17,432 bases of DNA from Candidatus Zixiibacteriota bacterium (GCA_029932605.1 JAOZPT010000051.1:1-17432), one strand, 5' to 3'. Counted from the first letter of the stretch, positions 8,701 to 16,266 are shown. Made by a program: numbers and translations. The notes: generated by a model not told the origin, from the sequence alone.

Positions 8701-9480
8701 GTTAGCATCTGTGATAACGGATATGTATCTTTTTCTAATAATTGGTGGGTTAATCATGTCAATACTAATATCCCTAGCCCTCAATGCTCACCTACTATGG
8801 TAGCCGTATTCTGGGATGATTTGATCAGTGGAAGCAGTTATAATCCAATGTATGTTAGATATCATCACGATGAGGACAACGGCAAATTCATTATTGGTTG
8901 GGATAATGTTAAAAGTAACGATACCTACCGATGGGCCACATTCGAGATAGTAATTCTCGATGAAAACCTGTGGCCAACAACAACAGGCGACAATGAATTA
9001 ATCTTTCAATATCAAGATATTAACTATCCAAACTCAAATTCGATCGGTATCTGTAACCAGAGCATGGATATCGGGCTGGAGTATCAGTTTAATACCCGGT
9101 ATGCTCATGGAGCGGCAACCCTGGCATCCGGTAGGGCCATCAAATTTACCACGGGAAGTGAATACATGGTTGGCTACAACGAGCATGATACAGATCTGCC
9201 CGAAAAGTTTTATCTCATGCAAAACTATCCAAATCCCTTCAATGCGAATACGAAAATTCAGTACAGCCTTCCATCAGATTGTATGGTGCATCTTGATATC
9301 TACGATATACTTGGCAGGAAAGTCACAAGTCTTGTTGATGGCTTTCAGCAATCTGGTAACTGGTCAGTAATTTGGAACGGCAAAGATAACAAAGGCTTAA
9401 CCGTTTCAGCGGGAATCTATTTCTACAGGTTACTTATCGGAAAAAACAAAATTACCAAAAGGATGCTTTTACTTAAATAA
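5776..9480 (+). CDS. Secreted gingipain-like peptidase C25 family protein: signal peptide, propeptide, C25 domain, Ig-like repeats, C-terminal T9SS-type/FlgD-Ig sorting domain
   Basis: AGGAG RBS at 5765-5769 favours ATG 5776 over TTG 5773. Hydrophobic signal ends in ASA. C25 motifs: EWKKAKG, YICLVGD, SDNYY..LEGND..PELFIGRIS, NYRGYG, IVCGTG, YNVLGDPEL. C-terminus LMQNYPNPFN...IYDILGRKV..L...WNGKD..G..VSAGIYFYRL...KRMLLLK. Confidence 0.88.
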   Translation: MRLLLIETIALLFYCGFASAGLVTLNDRPNRFETTKVTSTETEIIINFAYLDTTAKADGYTLTLPDYFRIGSGWKTGPFQTVLPCYTILLAVPKNTTLSVSIDADESIDIDNFNLATVDEDNKELIENIAPDGGFYPQKLVEFESAGQMRDLHLARLTIHPVQYDYDQQVLKVHYSLAITAHHPGGDICSSDNHISEAFYPVYNAILTNSSLLDDINLRRGGYWFIVHDDFATSITPLVEWKKAKGFDVRVYLLSDIGYNPSYTVIYNFISQEYNSAETKPDYICLVGDVSMPSGHPGLATRTYSNPFGFGTIDSDNYYTFLEGNDYFPELFIGRISVDYESELQAYINKHFGYERNPYMDETNWYHQATVIGLKMYSYWVDDTIYTPRMTKLWCREMMMNYGYTDVDTFFATDYHSPPAYQITNSISRGVTFVNYRGYGDPDGWTAPWYTSSNLYQINNGPKYGVMHSIVCGTGDYSDYSDVCFGETWIRLSNKGGPGFIGTTNHDSHTRYNNAIDCGIYWGLFEKGTYTLAQSQLMGKMSLFYAFPNETYPNGRIESYFNSYNVLGDPELNCWIDIPKAMIVSHSDTLNVGQTGVNITVTDINGNPLQNAYACLWKSDDLFVGKFTDDNGHANFQIEPTTTGQIAVTVTAPNFIPYEGVIEIISAEMAVGLVGYLVDDDNEGSSSGDGDMITNPAETIELTPILKNYGSSQTAINVQATISSNDQYIDILSSTSSYGSISPDDSAFADQPYVIEIAPQAPDGYSIELVLNITEDSGNSWQNFIFLPVSAASLNANHVIIQADDNGNNIIEPGESVELVLDLTNSGSKRINSANSILRTFDTHVQIIDSIGYFGDIDTDETNSNTDDPFALSVSDDIYIGHEICFTLEITGSSGQMQETEFIVLVGTISSTDPIGPDNYGYYCFDNTDTTYLYHPEYEWIEIEASWDTVTLYDDKIETIDLPFRVQYYGEGYNQVSICDNGYVSFSNNWWVNHVNTNIPSPQCSPTMVAVFWDDLISGSSYNPMYVRYHHDEDNGKFIIGWDNVKSNDTYRWATFEIVILDENLWPTTTGDNELIFQYQDINYPNSNSIGICNQSMDIGLEYQFNTRYAHGAATLASGRAIKFTTGSEYMVGYNEHDTDLPEKFYLMQNYPNPFNANTKIQYSLPSDCMVHLDIYDILGRKVTSLVDGFQQSGNWSVIWNGKDNKGLTVSAGIYFYRLLIGKNKITKRMLLLK

Positions 9481-9520
9481 TTATAACCTTTTAAAATTAT
9501 TTAAAAATATTTAAAATCCC

Positions 9521-9549
9521 TTGACTTGTTAAAGCTAAGATGATATAAT
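9521..9549 (+). promoter_or_regulatory. sigma70-type promoter with extended -10
   Basis: TTGACT (9521-9526)-N17-TATAAT (9544-9549), with TG at 9541-9542. Confidence 0.7.
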
Positions 9550-9602
9550 ATTAATACAATTGATTTTCTTGCTATTAATGGATGTTTGTAGAGTATTAAA
9601 TT

Positions 9603-10865
9603 ATGTCTGCAAAAAAAAGAAAAACTGACCTCCCTATAGTAGTAGTAGGCGGGGGGCCATCAGGATTACTGGCTGCTATTTCAGCTGCTGAAGGCTCCAA
9701 AAAAGTGATATTATATAATAAAAATCCCTGGCCGGGTAAAAAAGTATCCACGATACCCGCCGAAGAGTTAATTCTCTCAGAAAAACTATCCCCCAAAGTA
9801 CTGGCATCGAAGTTTGGTTCAAAATCAAAATTTGTAGCTCCAATCTTTAAAAGTTTTGGTTATGGCGATCTCGCTAAGTTATTCAAAAAATTAAAACTAA
9901 CCTTGCAAGCTGACAATAACGGTCATTTTAGAATCGAAAGTATTAATGGCCAGGACTTGATGAAAATTCTCGTCGATACAGCTATAAAACGGGGTGTTGA
10001 ATACAAAAAATCATCCCGGGTTACAAGTGTTTATACAAAAAATGGCAAAGTTGGTGGAGTAATTTTAAATGGAACTAAAATACAAGCTTCGGCGGTGATT
10101 ATTGCTACAGGATCTTTCTCTTTACCTAAATGCGGTTCAACAAAAGATGGGTATTATATTGCTGAAAAACTTGGACACAAGGTCAACAAGATAAAACCTG
10201 CATTTGTAGATTTGATAATCAGAGAAAAGTACGGCAAATTTCTTTCGGGTATGTCATTTGAAAATATCAAAATCACTGTATATTACAACTGCAACCCGGT
10301 CATCATGGAAACAGGAACAATAAAGTTTACCCAAACAAGTGTTTCCGGACCGTTTATCCTCAATCATTCTGCAGATATTATTGAAAACTTGGCTCTCACA
10401 CCGGTTGAAATCAGTATCGATTTCTTGGCTGACCAGCCCAAGGAAAAATTTGAGGCCTGGCTGATACATCAGCTTGCATCCCAGAATCATATGCAGGTGG
10501 GACAATTTTTAGGCAAGTATTTTAACGCCAACGTCATGAAAGCAATTGAACTTGAATCGCGAATTAATATGAGCAAGTCGATTTCTCATATCACCAACCT
10601 TGAACGAAAAGCTCTTGTATTGGGAATAAAAGATTTCAGATTTTCTATAAAATCCTCAAAGCCGTTTAATAACGCTCGTGGTGTTCTCGGTGGGGTATCA
10701 ACCGATGATATATATCCTGACACTGGAGAATCAAAAATTGTAAAATCGCTGTATTTTGCCGGAGATGTTCTTGATGTGCTTGGTCCCTATGGCGGTTACA
10801 ACATGCAGTTTGCGTTTTCAAGCGGCTATGTAGCCGGCAAAACAGCCGCCAAAGCGACTGGTTAA
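9603..10865 (+). CDS. HI0933/BaiN/YhiN-family FAD-dependent oxidoreductase, divergent
   Basis: VVGGGPSGLLAA Rossmann motif, IIATG..S.P..GS...GY..A..LGH, FT...SGP, GGV, GLYFAG-like SLYFAGDVLDV.G..GGYNMQ.AFSSG. Length (420 aa) is typical of the family. Confidence 0.85.
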   Translation: MSAKKRKTDLPIVVVGGGPSGLLAAISAAEGSKKVILYNKNPWPGKKVSTIPAEELILSEKLSPKVLASKFGSKSKFVAPIFKSFGYGDLAKLFKKLKLTLQADNNGHFRIESINGQDLMKILVDTAIKRGVEYKKSSRVTSVYTKNGKVGGVILNGTKIQASAVIIATGSFSLPKCGSTKDGYYIAEKLGHKVNKIKPAFVDLIIREKYGKFLSGMSFENIKITVYYNCNPVIMETGTIKFTQTSVSGPFILNHSADIIENLALTPVEISIDFLADQPKEKFEAWLIHQLASQNHMQVGQFLGKYFNANVMKAIELESRINMSKSISHITNLERKALVLGIKDFRFSIKSSKPFNNARGVLGGVSTDDIYPDTGESKIVKSLYFAGDVLDVLGPYGGYNMQFAFSSGYVAGKTAAKATG

Positions 10866-10896
10866 TTTAATCAACACTTTTTACTCCACGCTATAA

Positions 10897-10924
10897 AAAA
10901 TCGGTTTTCTGCAGAAACTATTTT
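10897..10924. terminator. Possible bidirectional hairpin between convergent genes
   Basis: Perfect palindrome TTTCTGCAGAAA (10906-10917) flanked by AAAAT (10897-10901) and ATTTT (10920-10924). The stem is weak and AT-rich. Confidence 0.3.
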
Positions 10925-10957
10925 CCTAATCCTCACAAAAATTAGCTTTTTCTTGAG

Positions 10958-11956
10958 CTAATGTATAGTCTTACCTAGTGGCTTGATATTCGATTCATTC
11001 GCGAGCTCACCCGTCAAGACCTGCAAGCTCATGGGAATCATTATCAAAAAAGCTGGTAGAAACTTTGCCAGCTCCCAGAGGTTCCCCTTGAGGAAAAATA
11101 ATAACACATATAAACCCAAACTTATAAATGAGAGTTTAAAAAACAAATTGCTCTTTTTAAACGCCAGAATACTTATCAGGACAAATCCCGCTATTTCAGC
11201 AAACCATAAAGGAATTATTTGCAGAAATAACCTTTTAAGTTCTGTGTTCCGGGCAACATGCAAGGCGATAGTATACTGGCTAATTTTAAGTCCAAAATAT
11301 AGACGCACGCCTATGAAGGCCACCAGAAAAGCTGTAACGCAGGCAATTATTATTAAAATTTTCCTCTTATCAAATAATTGCCCTCGGTAAAACAGATAAA
11401 AAACGTAAAATAAAAGTAGAAACACTATTTGTTCGCGGTTAAGCGTAGCCAAACCTATCAATATAGGAAAGTAACGGTCTTTGTTGCTAAAAAACAAACT
11501 AAAACCAACCAGGTAAAACAATAGAGTTATGAAATCACCTATCATATAATATCCAGTTATCGATAGCGGGATTACGGTCTGGAGAAGCAATAGGCCGATA
11601 ATAGAAGTTTTATTTGAAAAAAGGTAACGAAGATACATATAAAAAAAGTAATATATTCCAAGGAAGCAGAAGAAAACAATCATTGAGTAAGATAAAACAT
11701 GTCTTGTTTTAACAGAATCGATTATGCCGGATAACAATATTTGCAATGCCCGCGCTATCAAAGGCTTGAGAACTCTGTACTGATATGGCGGTTCCATTTG
11801 ATTGTTAAGAACATCATTCTCAAACTGGATACGTGCATCAACGTGGGGAATGATAACCTCCTTGCAAACTAACACAGACGAGACCAATGTCAATATCAAC
11901 AATAAAATATATACTGCTTTTGGATTCTCTAATCCCATTATAATTTTATCTGTCAT
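10958..11956 (-). CDS. Hypothetical polytopic membrane protein, possibly a GT-C-fold glycosyltransferase-like protein
   Basis: 332 aa with many hydrophobic segments. The first TM is followed by a loop with PPYQYRVLKP, and a later segment has GLATLNRE. GGGGAGAGG RBS. The coding call is firm; the function is a guess. Confidence 0.7.
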   Translation of the reverse strand: MTDKIIMGLENPKAVYILLLILTLVSSVLVCKEVIIPHVDARIQFENDVLNNQMEPPYQYRVLKPLIARALQILLSGIIDSVKTRHVLSYSMIVFFCFLGIYYFFYMYLRYLFSNKTSIIGLLLLQTVIPLSITGYYMIGDFITLLFYLVGFSLFFSNKDRYFPILIGLATLNREQIVFLLLFYVFYLFYRGQLFDKRKILIIIACVTAFLVAFIGVRLYFGLKISQYTIALHVARNTELKRLFLQIIPLWFAEIAGFVLISILAFKKSNLFFKLSFISLGLYVLLFFLKGNLWELAKFLPAFLIMIPMSLQVLTGELANESNIKPLGKTIH

Positions 11957-12013
11957 TTTAACCTCTCCCCTGTTTCATTTGTAAATAAAACACCAGTTTT
12001 CAATATCCCCTAC

Positions 12014-12910
12014 TCAACCAAACGTTACCATAAACGCTCCACATACCGCCAGAATTATTGCTAAAAAACGCTGCAAATTTATTTTCTCTTTTAAAATAAT
12101 AGCAGCAAATATAAAAATGAAGATATTGCTCGTCTGGTTAAGTGCAGCTGCGTTTGAAGCCTGGGTTAATTTCATTCCAGCCAGCCATAGTATCATCGAC
12201 AGATATGCACCGGTTAAAGAACCGGATATCGTATAAAACCAACTATGCACTGAATTTATCGAGGACATAATCTTTCGCCGTGATGGGTTTAAAAGTAGTA
12301 TCAAGACTACTACCAATATTCCACCAAACAATCGAATTTCTGTCACCCATAGCAAAGGCAAATGGTTAAGCAATGGTTTAAACAGCACCACACCAACTGC
12401 CATATTAGCCATACTTAGCACTCCCCAAAATATTCCCCATACCAGATTGTGACGGCTGAGTTTTCCTCTCCCTTTGGTATTGGATGCCGTTAAAACCGCT
12501 GAAATTATGATTAAAACACCTACAAATTGAAACGGGGTTAAGCTCTCGCTGAGAAAAAACATTGATGCAATTATTATAAACGGGCTGTAAAGACAATCCA
12601 CTATGGCTGTCATTCCTGCACCAAGGAGATTTAAACTTTTAAAAAACAACGTATCGGCGATACCGATACCTAGAGCCCCACTTAGAATCAGAATCAAATA
12701 ATCTCTTGAAGGAATCTTCAGAAAGATTGATTCTCCCCAGAGCCACATGGTGGGTAAAATTAAGATCAATGCCAGCAGGTTCTTAAATAGGTTTAATGCC
12801 AGAGGATGGACGGTCTCACCACTTTTTTTAAACAGTATAACGGCAAAAGCCCAGACTATAGCTGTGGAAAGAGCAAAAAACTCACCTAAGTGAGAGATTG
12901 TTGAATTCAT
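12014..12910 (-). CDS. DMT superfamily / EamA-type transporter
   Basis: 298 aa, about 10 TM segments in two repeats. Motifs A..WA...IL.K, G.G..D.LFF.SL..LGA, SP......FL.E.L and IL.EKI....LAI.L...G. Confidence 0.9.
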   Translation of the reverse strand: MNSTISHLGEFFALSTAIVWAFAVILFKKSGETVHPLALNLFKNLLALILILPTMWLWGESIFLKIPSRDYLILILSGALGIGIADTLFFKSLNLLGAGMTAIVDCLYSPFIIIASMFFLSESLTPFQFVGVLIIISAVLTASNTKGRGKLSRHNLVWGIFWGVLSMANMAVGVVLFKPLLNHLPLLWVTEIRLFGGILVVVLILLLNPSRRKIMSSINSVHSWFYTISGSLTGAYLSMILWLAGMKLTQASNAAALNQTSNIFIFIFAAIILKEKINLQRFLAIILAVCGAFMVTFG

Positions 12911-12984
12911 AAAAAATGGTTTATTTTTGTCCCATCGATAGCATAACCATGTGTGTCAAGCCCTCTGGAAACTTGATATGTTTA

Positions 12985-13062
12985 GTTTGTTCCCAACGAA
13001 GTGAAAAACCCAACACCTACTATCTTAAAACATCGGAGTTTTCGTTTCACTCAGAAGATAAC
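12985..13062. repeat. Degenerate REP/MITE-like imperfect inverted repeat
   Basis: Left arm CAACGAAGTGAAAAACCC (12994-13011) pairs imperfectly, with G-U wobbles, with right arm GGAGTTTTCGTTTCACTC (13035-13052). From memory it resembles the dispersed GTCATTCTGAACGAAGTGAAGAATC...GATTCTTCGCTTCGCTCAGAATGAC palindromes. Confidence 0.4.
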
Positions 13063-13078
13063 CTGTAACTAAATTTAC

Positions 13079-13846
13079 TTACTTCACCTCTCTTTCTCTC
13101 GGCCCGTCATACTCATAATCAGTCAGGCCGAGTTTGCGCATCGGTTTGAAACGGGTGAGCTCCTCGTAGGCATGAGCTACCAATCCCGCGCAACGGGAGA
13201 TGATGAAAAAGCCCTTGCCTATGCGCCAGTCGAAGCCCATATCAGACATCACCGCTGCAATTGCGCCATCAACGTTAATCGGCAGTTTCTTGCCAGAACT
13301 GGTGGTCAGCTTGTTTTCCACCGCTTTTGCCAGTTGGATATGTTTTCCGGAAAAATCATATTTCTCCGCTATCTCGAACATTTTGACTGTTCGCGGGTCA
13401 GTCTGGTGAAGGCGATGGCCGAAACCTGGCATCCTCATACCTGTAGACTTAATATGGGCGAGCAACTGTTCAGCTATGGCCTTCATATCATTGCCTTTAA
13501 CGGCCCACTCCTGCAGAATCTTGGCACATTTCTCCATGGCACCCCCGTGAGAATCACCAATCGTCAAAATCCCGCCTGCTATAGCGGCGTTAAGCGGGTT
13601 CCCGCCTGAGGCTACCACCCTGGTTGCCAACGCCGATGGAGGAGTTATGCCATGGTCAACCGAGGATACAAGCACCGCCTCCATCATTTTGGCCTCCGCC
13701 TGATTGGGAAGTTCACCTTTTAATAAAAGAAAAACTACCTCGGCAAAACTTTTCTTCTCCATCAGTTCGGTGATATCGTATCCTTTTACTCTTATAGAGC
13801 CAGGCTTGATCTCTGTTATGGCTGTTTTAGGTTTATCTTTATCCAT
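13079..13846 (-). CDS. Citryl-CoA lyase-like protein (short citrate synthase-fold; homologous to the C-terminal domain of ATP-citrate lyase)
   Basis: 255 aa, too short for a citrate synthase. Motifs TAIT....I.VKGYDITEL, VDHG..PPS, HGGA, PGFGHR.H..DPR, INVDGAIAA, F.ISR..GL.AH..EE. GGAG RBS. Confidence 0.8.
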   Translation of the reverse strand: MDKDKPKTAITEIKPGSIRVKGYDITELMEKKSFAEVVFLLLKGELPNQAEAKMMEAVLVSSVDHGITPPSALATRVVASGGNPLNAAIAGGILTIGDSHGGAMEKCAKILQEWAVKGNDMKAIAEQLLAHIKSTGMRMPGFGHRLHQTDPRTVKMFEIAEKYDFSGKHIQLAKAVENKLTTSSGKKLPINVDGAIAAVMSDMGFDWRIGKGFFIISRCAGLVAHAYEELTRFKPMRKLGLTDYEYDGPREREVK

Positions 13847-14053
13847 ATCTTCTCCTATTCATGTTCTTTTAAATAATCCAATATCGTCATAAACAAGTCA
13901 ATTAAAATATTATGTTAACAAATCAAAATATTGCAAGCAAGTTTTAACAGAAACAAACTCTGCTGCTATGTTAATTATTGTCCAGATGATTATACATTAA
14001 CATGCGTTATGTTCCTACCGATATCGTTAGAAACGCTTCAAATATTATTCCTC

Positions 14054-14082
14054 TTGACTGTTTGATTTATATCGGTTATATC
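14054..14082 (+). promoter_or_regulatory. Putative sigma70 promoter of pgk-tpiA
   Basis: TTGACT (14054-14059)-N17-TATATC (14077-14082). Confidence 0.45.
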
Positions 14083-14127
14083 AAAATCAATGATTGGTGG
14101 AAATAAATAACCTTGGAGGGAAACGTT

Positions 14128-15324
14128 TTGAACAAAAAAACCATAGATGATATAACCCTTACAGGTAAACGTATTCTGACACGTGTTGATTTCAACGTGC
14201 CACTTAAAGATGGTAAAGTCAGTGATGATACCCGTATCAGAGCAGCCTTGCCCACTATTAAGAAAATTATAACCTCCGGTGGTAAAGCCATCCTGATGTC
14301 ACACCTTGGGCGGCCCAAAGGGCAGGTCAAACCAGAACTCTCTTTAAGACCCGTTGCCAAAAAGCTTTCCGACCTTTTGGAATTACCAGTTAAGTTTGCC
14401 AATGACTGCATTGGTCCCGAAGCCGAAAACGGTGTCAAAAACCTAAAAGAGGGTGAGATAATTCTTTTAGAAAATCTGCGTTTTCATAAACAGGAAACGG
14501 AGAACGATAGCGACTTTTCTCAAAAACTTGCCGAGCTTGGCGATATATATGTTAATGATGCTTTTGGAACCGCTCACCGCGCCCATGCTTCCACCGAAGG
14601 GGTTACCAAATTCATCAAACCTGCTGTGGCGGGTTATTTGATGATAAAAGAAATTGAATATTTAGGAAACACCCTGGCTCAACCAAAACATCCCTTCGTG
14701 GCAATCATCGGTGGAGCTAAAATCTCAGGTAAAATCGATGTCATAAAAAATCTAATGCAGAAAATTGATACTCTTCTGATAGGCGGAGGAATGGTCTTTA
14801 CGTTTTACAAAGCTCAGGGATATAACATCGGCAAATCGCTTCTTGAAGAGGAAAAAATCAGCGAAGCCGAAAACCTACTTAACATGGATCTTCCCGATAA
14901 TATGAAGATGATTTTACCTGATGATGTTCTTGTAACAGAAAGTCTGGAACCCCCTTACAAAATTAAAATTGTAAGTAAAAACTCAATCGATGATAAGTCA
15001 ATCGGTGTTGATATAGGACCTAAAACACAGAATATCTTCGCTGACAAAATTAAAACAGCCCGGACGATTGTCTGGAATGGACCGATGGGAATTTTCGAAA
15101 TTGATGAATTTGCCGGAGGCACTATTGCTGTAGCAAAAGCTATTGCAGAGGCAACTGATGCTGGCGCTGTCAGTATCGTCGGTGGCGGCGATTCGGTTGC
15201 CGCATTGGACAAAACCGGACTGAGTGAAAAGATCACCCATGTCTCAACCGGCGGTGGCGCCTCTCTTGAATTTCTCGAGGGCAAAACCCTTCCCGGAGTG
15301 GCAGCTTTAACAGAAAGAGAATGA
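14128..15324 (+). CDS. pgk: Phosphoglycerate kinase
   Basis: [49 protein letters not shown] and [19 protein letters not shown] at 14115-14119 places the true start at TTG 14128 (MNKKTI...), not 14113. Confidence 0.98.
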   Translation: MNKKTIDDITLTGKRILTRVDFNVPLKDGKVSDDTRIRAALPTIKKIITSGGKAILMSHLGRPKGQVKPELSLRPVAKKLSDLLELPVKFANDCIGPEAENGVKNLKEGEIILLENLRFHKQETENDSDFSQKLAELGDIYVNDAFGTAHRAHASTEGVTKFIKPAVAGYLMIKEIEYLGNTLAQPKHPFVAIIGGAKISGKIDVIKNLMQKIDTLLIGGGMVFTFYKAQGYNIGKSLLEEEKISEAENLLNMDLPDNMKMILPDDVLVTESLEPPYKIKIVSKNSIDDKSIGVDIGPKTQNIFADKIKTARTIVWNGPMGIFEIDEFAGGTIAVAKAIAEATDAGAVSIVGGGDSVAALDKTGLSEKITHVSTGGGASLEFLEGKTLPGVAALTERE

Positions 15325-15325
15325 T

Positions 15326-16096
15326 ATGGCACAGGGAAATATAAAAAGAAAACCTTTAGTTGTGGGTAACTGGAAGATGAACACCACCGCCGATGAGGCA
15401 ATCGAGCTTGCCCGAAGTATAACAACCGATATAGGAGCTATTATTGAAACAGACATTGTGATTTGTCCGCCGTTTGTCTGGTTGAGTCCTATTGCCTCCG
15501 TCATAACAAACACAAGTATCAAGCTGGGCGCACAAAACCTTCACTGGGAAGATAAGGGTGCATACACCGGAGAGATATCAGCCCGGATGTTAAAAGATGT
15601 TGGCTGTGAATATGTCATTATTGGTCACTCTGAAAGACGGCAATATTTCGGTGAAACAGATCAGAGCGTTAATCAAAAACTGAAGAAGGCTATTGATGCG
15701 GAGCTGACACCAATTGTCTGCCTTGGTGAAAGCCTTCAGGATAGAGAAGCTAACAGGACAAACGCTTTAATTACCAACCAGTTCAATAATGATTTCGAGG
15801 GGTTTACAGATTTCGAAAAAGTCATTATTGCTTATGAGCCCATATGGGCAATCGGAACAGGCAAAACCGCCACGGCTGAACAGGCACAGGAGGTTCATGG
15901 CCTTTTAAGGGAACTTCTAAGACAAAAAACGGATGGATACAACGAAGTTAGAATTCTTTACGGTGGTTCAGTCAAACCTAAAAATGCTGCCGATTTGATA
16001 GCTCAACCCGACATTAACGGTTTTCTGGTCGGTGGAGCAAGCCTTAAGGCTAAAGATTTTAAAGCAATTATAAAAGCCGTTTCTGGTAAAGATTAG
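15326..16096 (+). CDS. tpiA: Triosephosphate isomerase
   Basis: GNWKM, GAQN, IGHSERR, AYEPIWAIGTG, LYGGSV and LVGGASL. Starts 1 nt after the pgk stop. Confidence 0.98.
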   Translation: MAQGNIKRKPLVVGNWKMNTTADEAIELARSITTDIGAIIETDIVICPPFVWLSPIASVITNTSIKLGAQNLHWEDKGAYTGEISARMLKDVGCEYVIIGHSERRQYFGETDQSVNQKLKKAIDAELTPIVCLGESLQDREANRTNALITNQFNNDFEGFTDFEKVIIAYEPIWAIGTGKTATAEQAQEVHGLLRELLRQKTDGYNEVRILYGGSVKPKNAADLIAQPDINGFLVGGASLKAKDFKAIIKAVSGKD

Positions 16097-16202
16097 ATGT
16101 GTTAGAATATTTGGATTTTTACACAAGACACAAGGTAACTGACTCTCTAAAAACACTATTGAACAAAATCAAATTTTATGGAAGTTCCAGCAACTTTTTA
16201 AC

Positions 16203-16230
16203 TTGACTATGATATAATTTCAAGTATCTT
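16203..16230 (+). promoter_or_regulatory. Putative promoter(s) of secG-tRNA-Leu
   Basis: TTGACT (16203-16208)-N16-TATCTT (16225-16230), plus an overlapping extended -10 TGaTATAAT (16210-16218). Confidence 0.5.
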
Positions 16231-16266
16231 TATTAATTGACGAAAATGAGAAATAAGGAGCGTTAA

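Noticed and set aside
13172..13609. 145-aa plus-strand ORF
   Set aside because: Fully antisense to the citryl-CoA lyase-like gene, with no motifs.
13893..13920. Possible dif site (TTATGTTAACA resembles the XerD arm TTATGTTAAAT)
   Set aside because: With a 6-bp spacer the left arm is ACAAGTCAATT, which lacks the inner ATAA of a XerC arm. There is no dyad symmetry.
14955..15544. Antisense ORFs over pgk/tpiA (156, 80, 71, 62 aa)
   Set aside because: Shadow frames of highly conserved genes, with no RBS or recognisable motifs.
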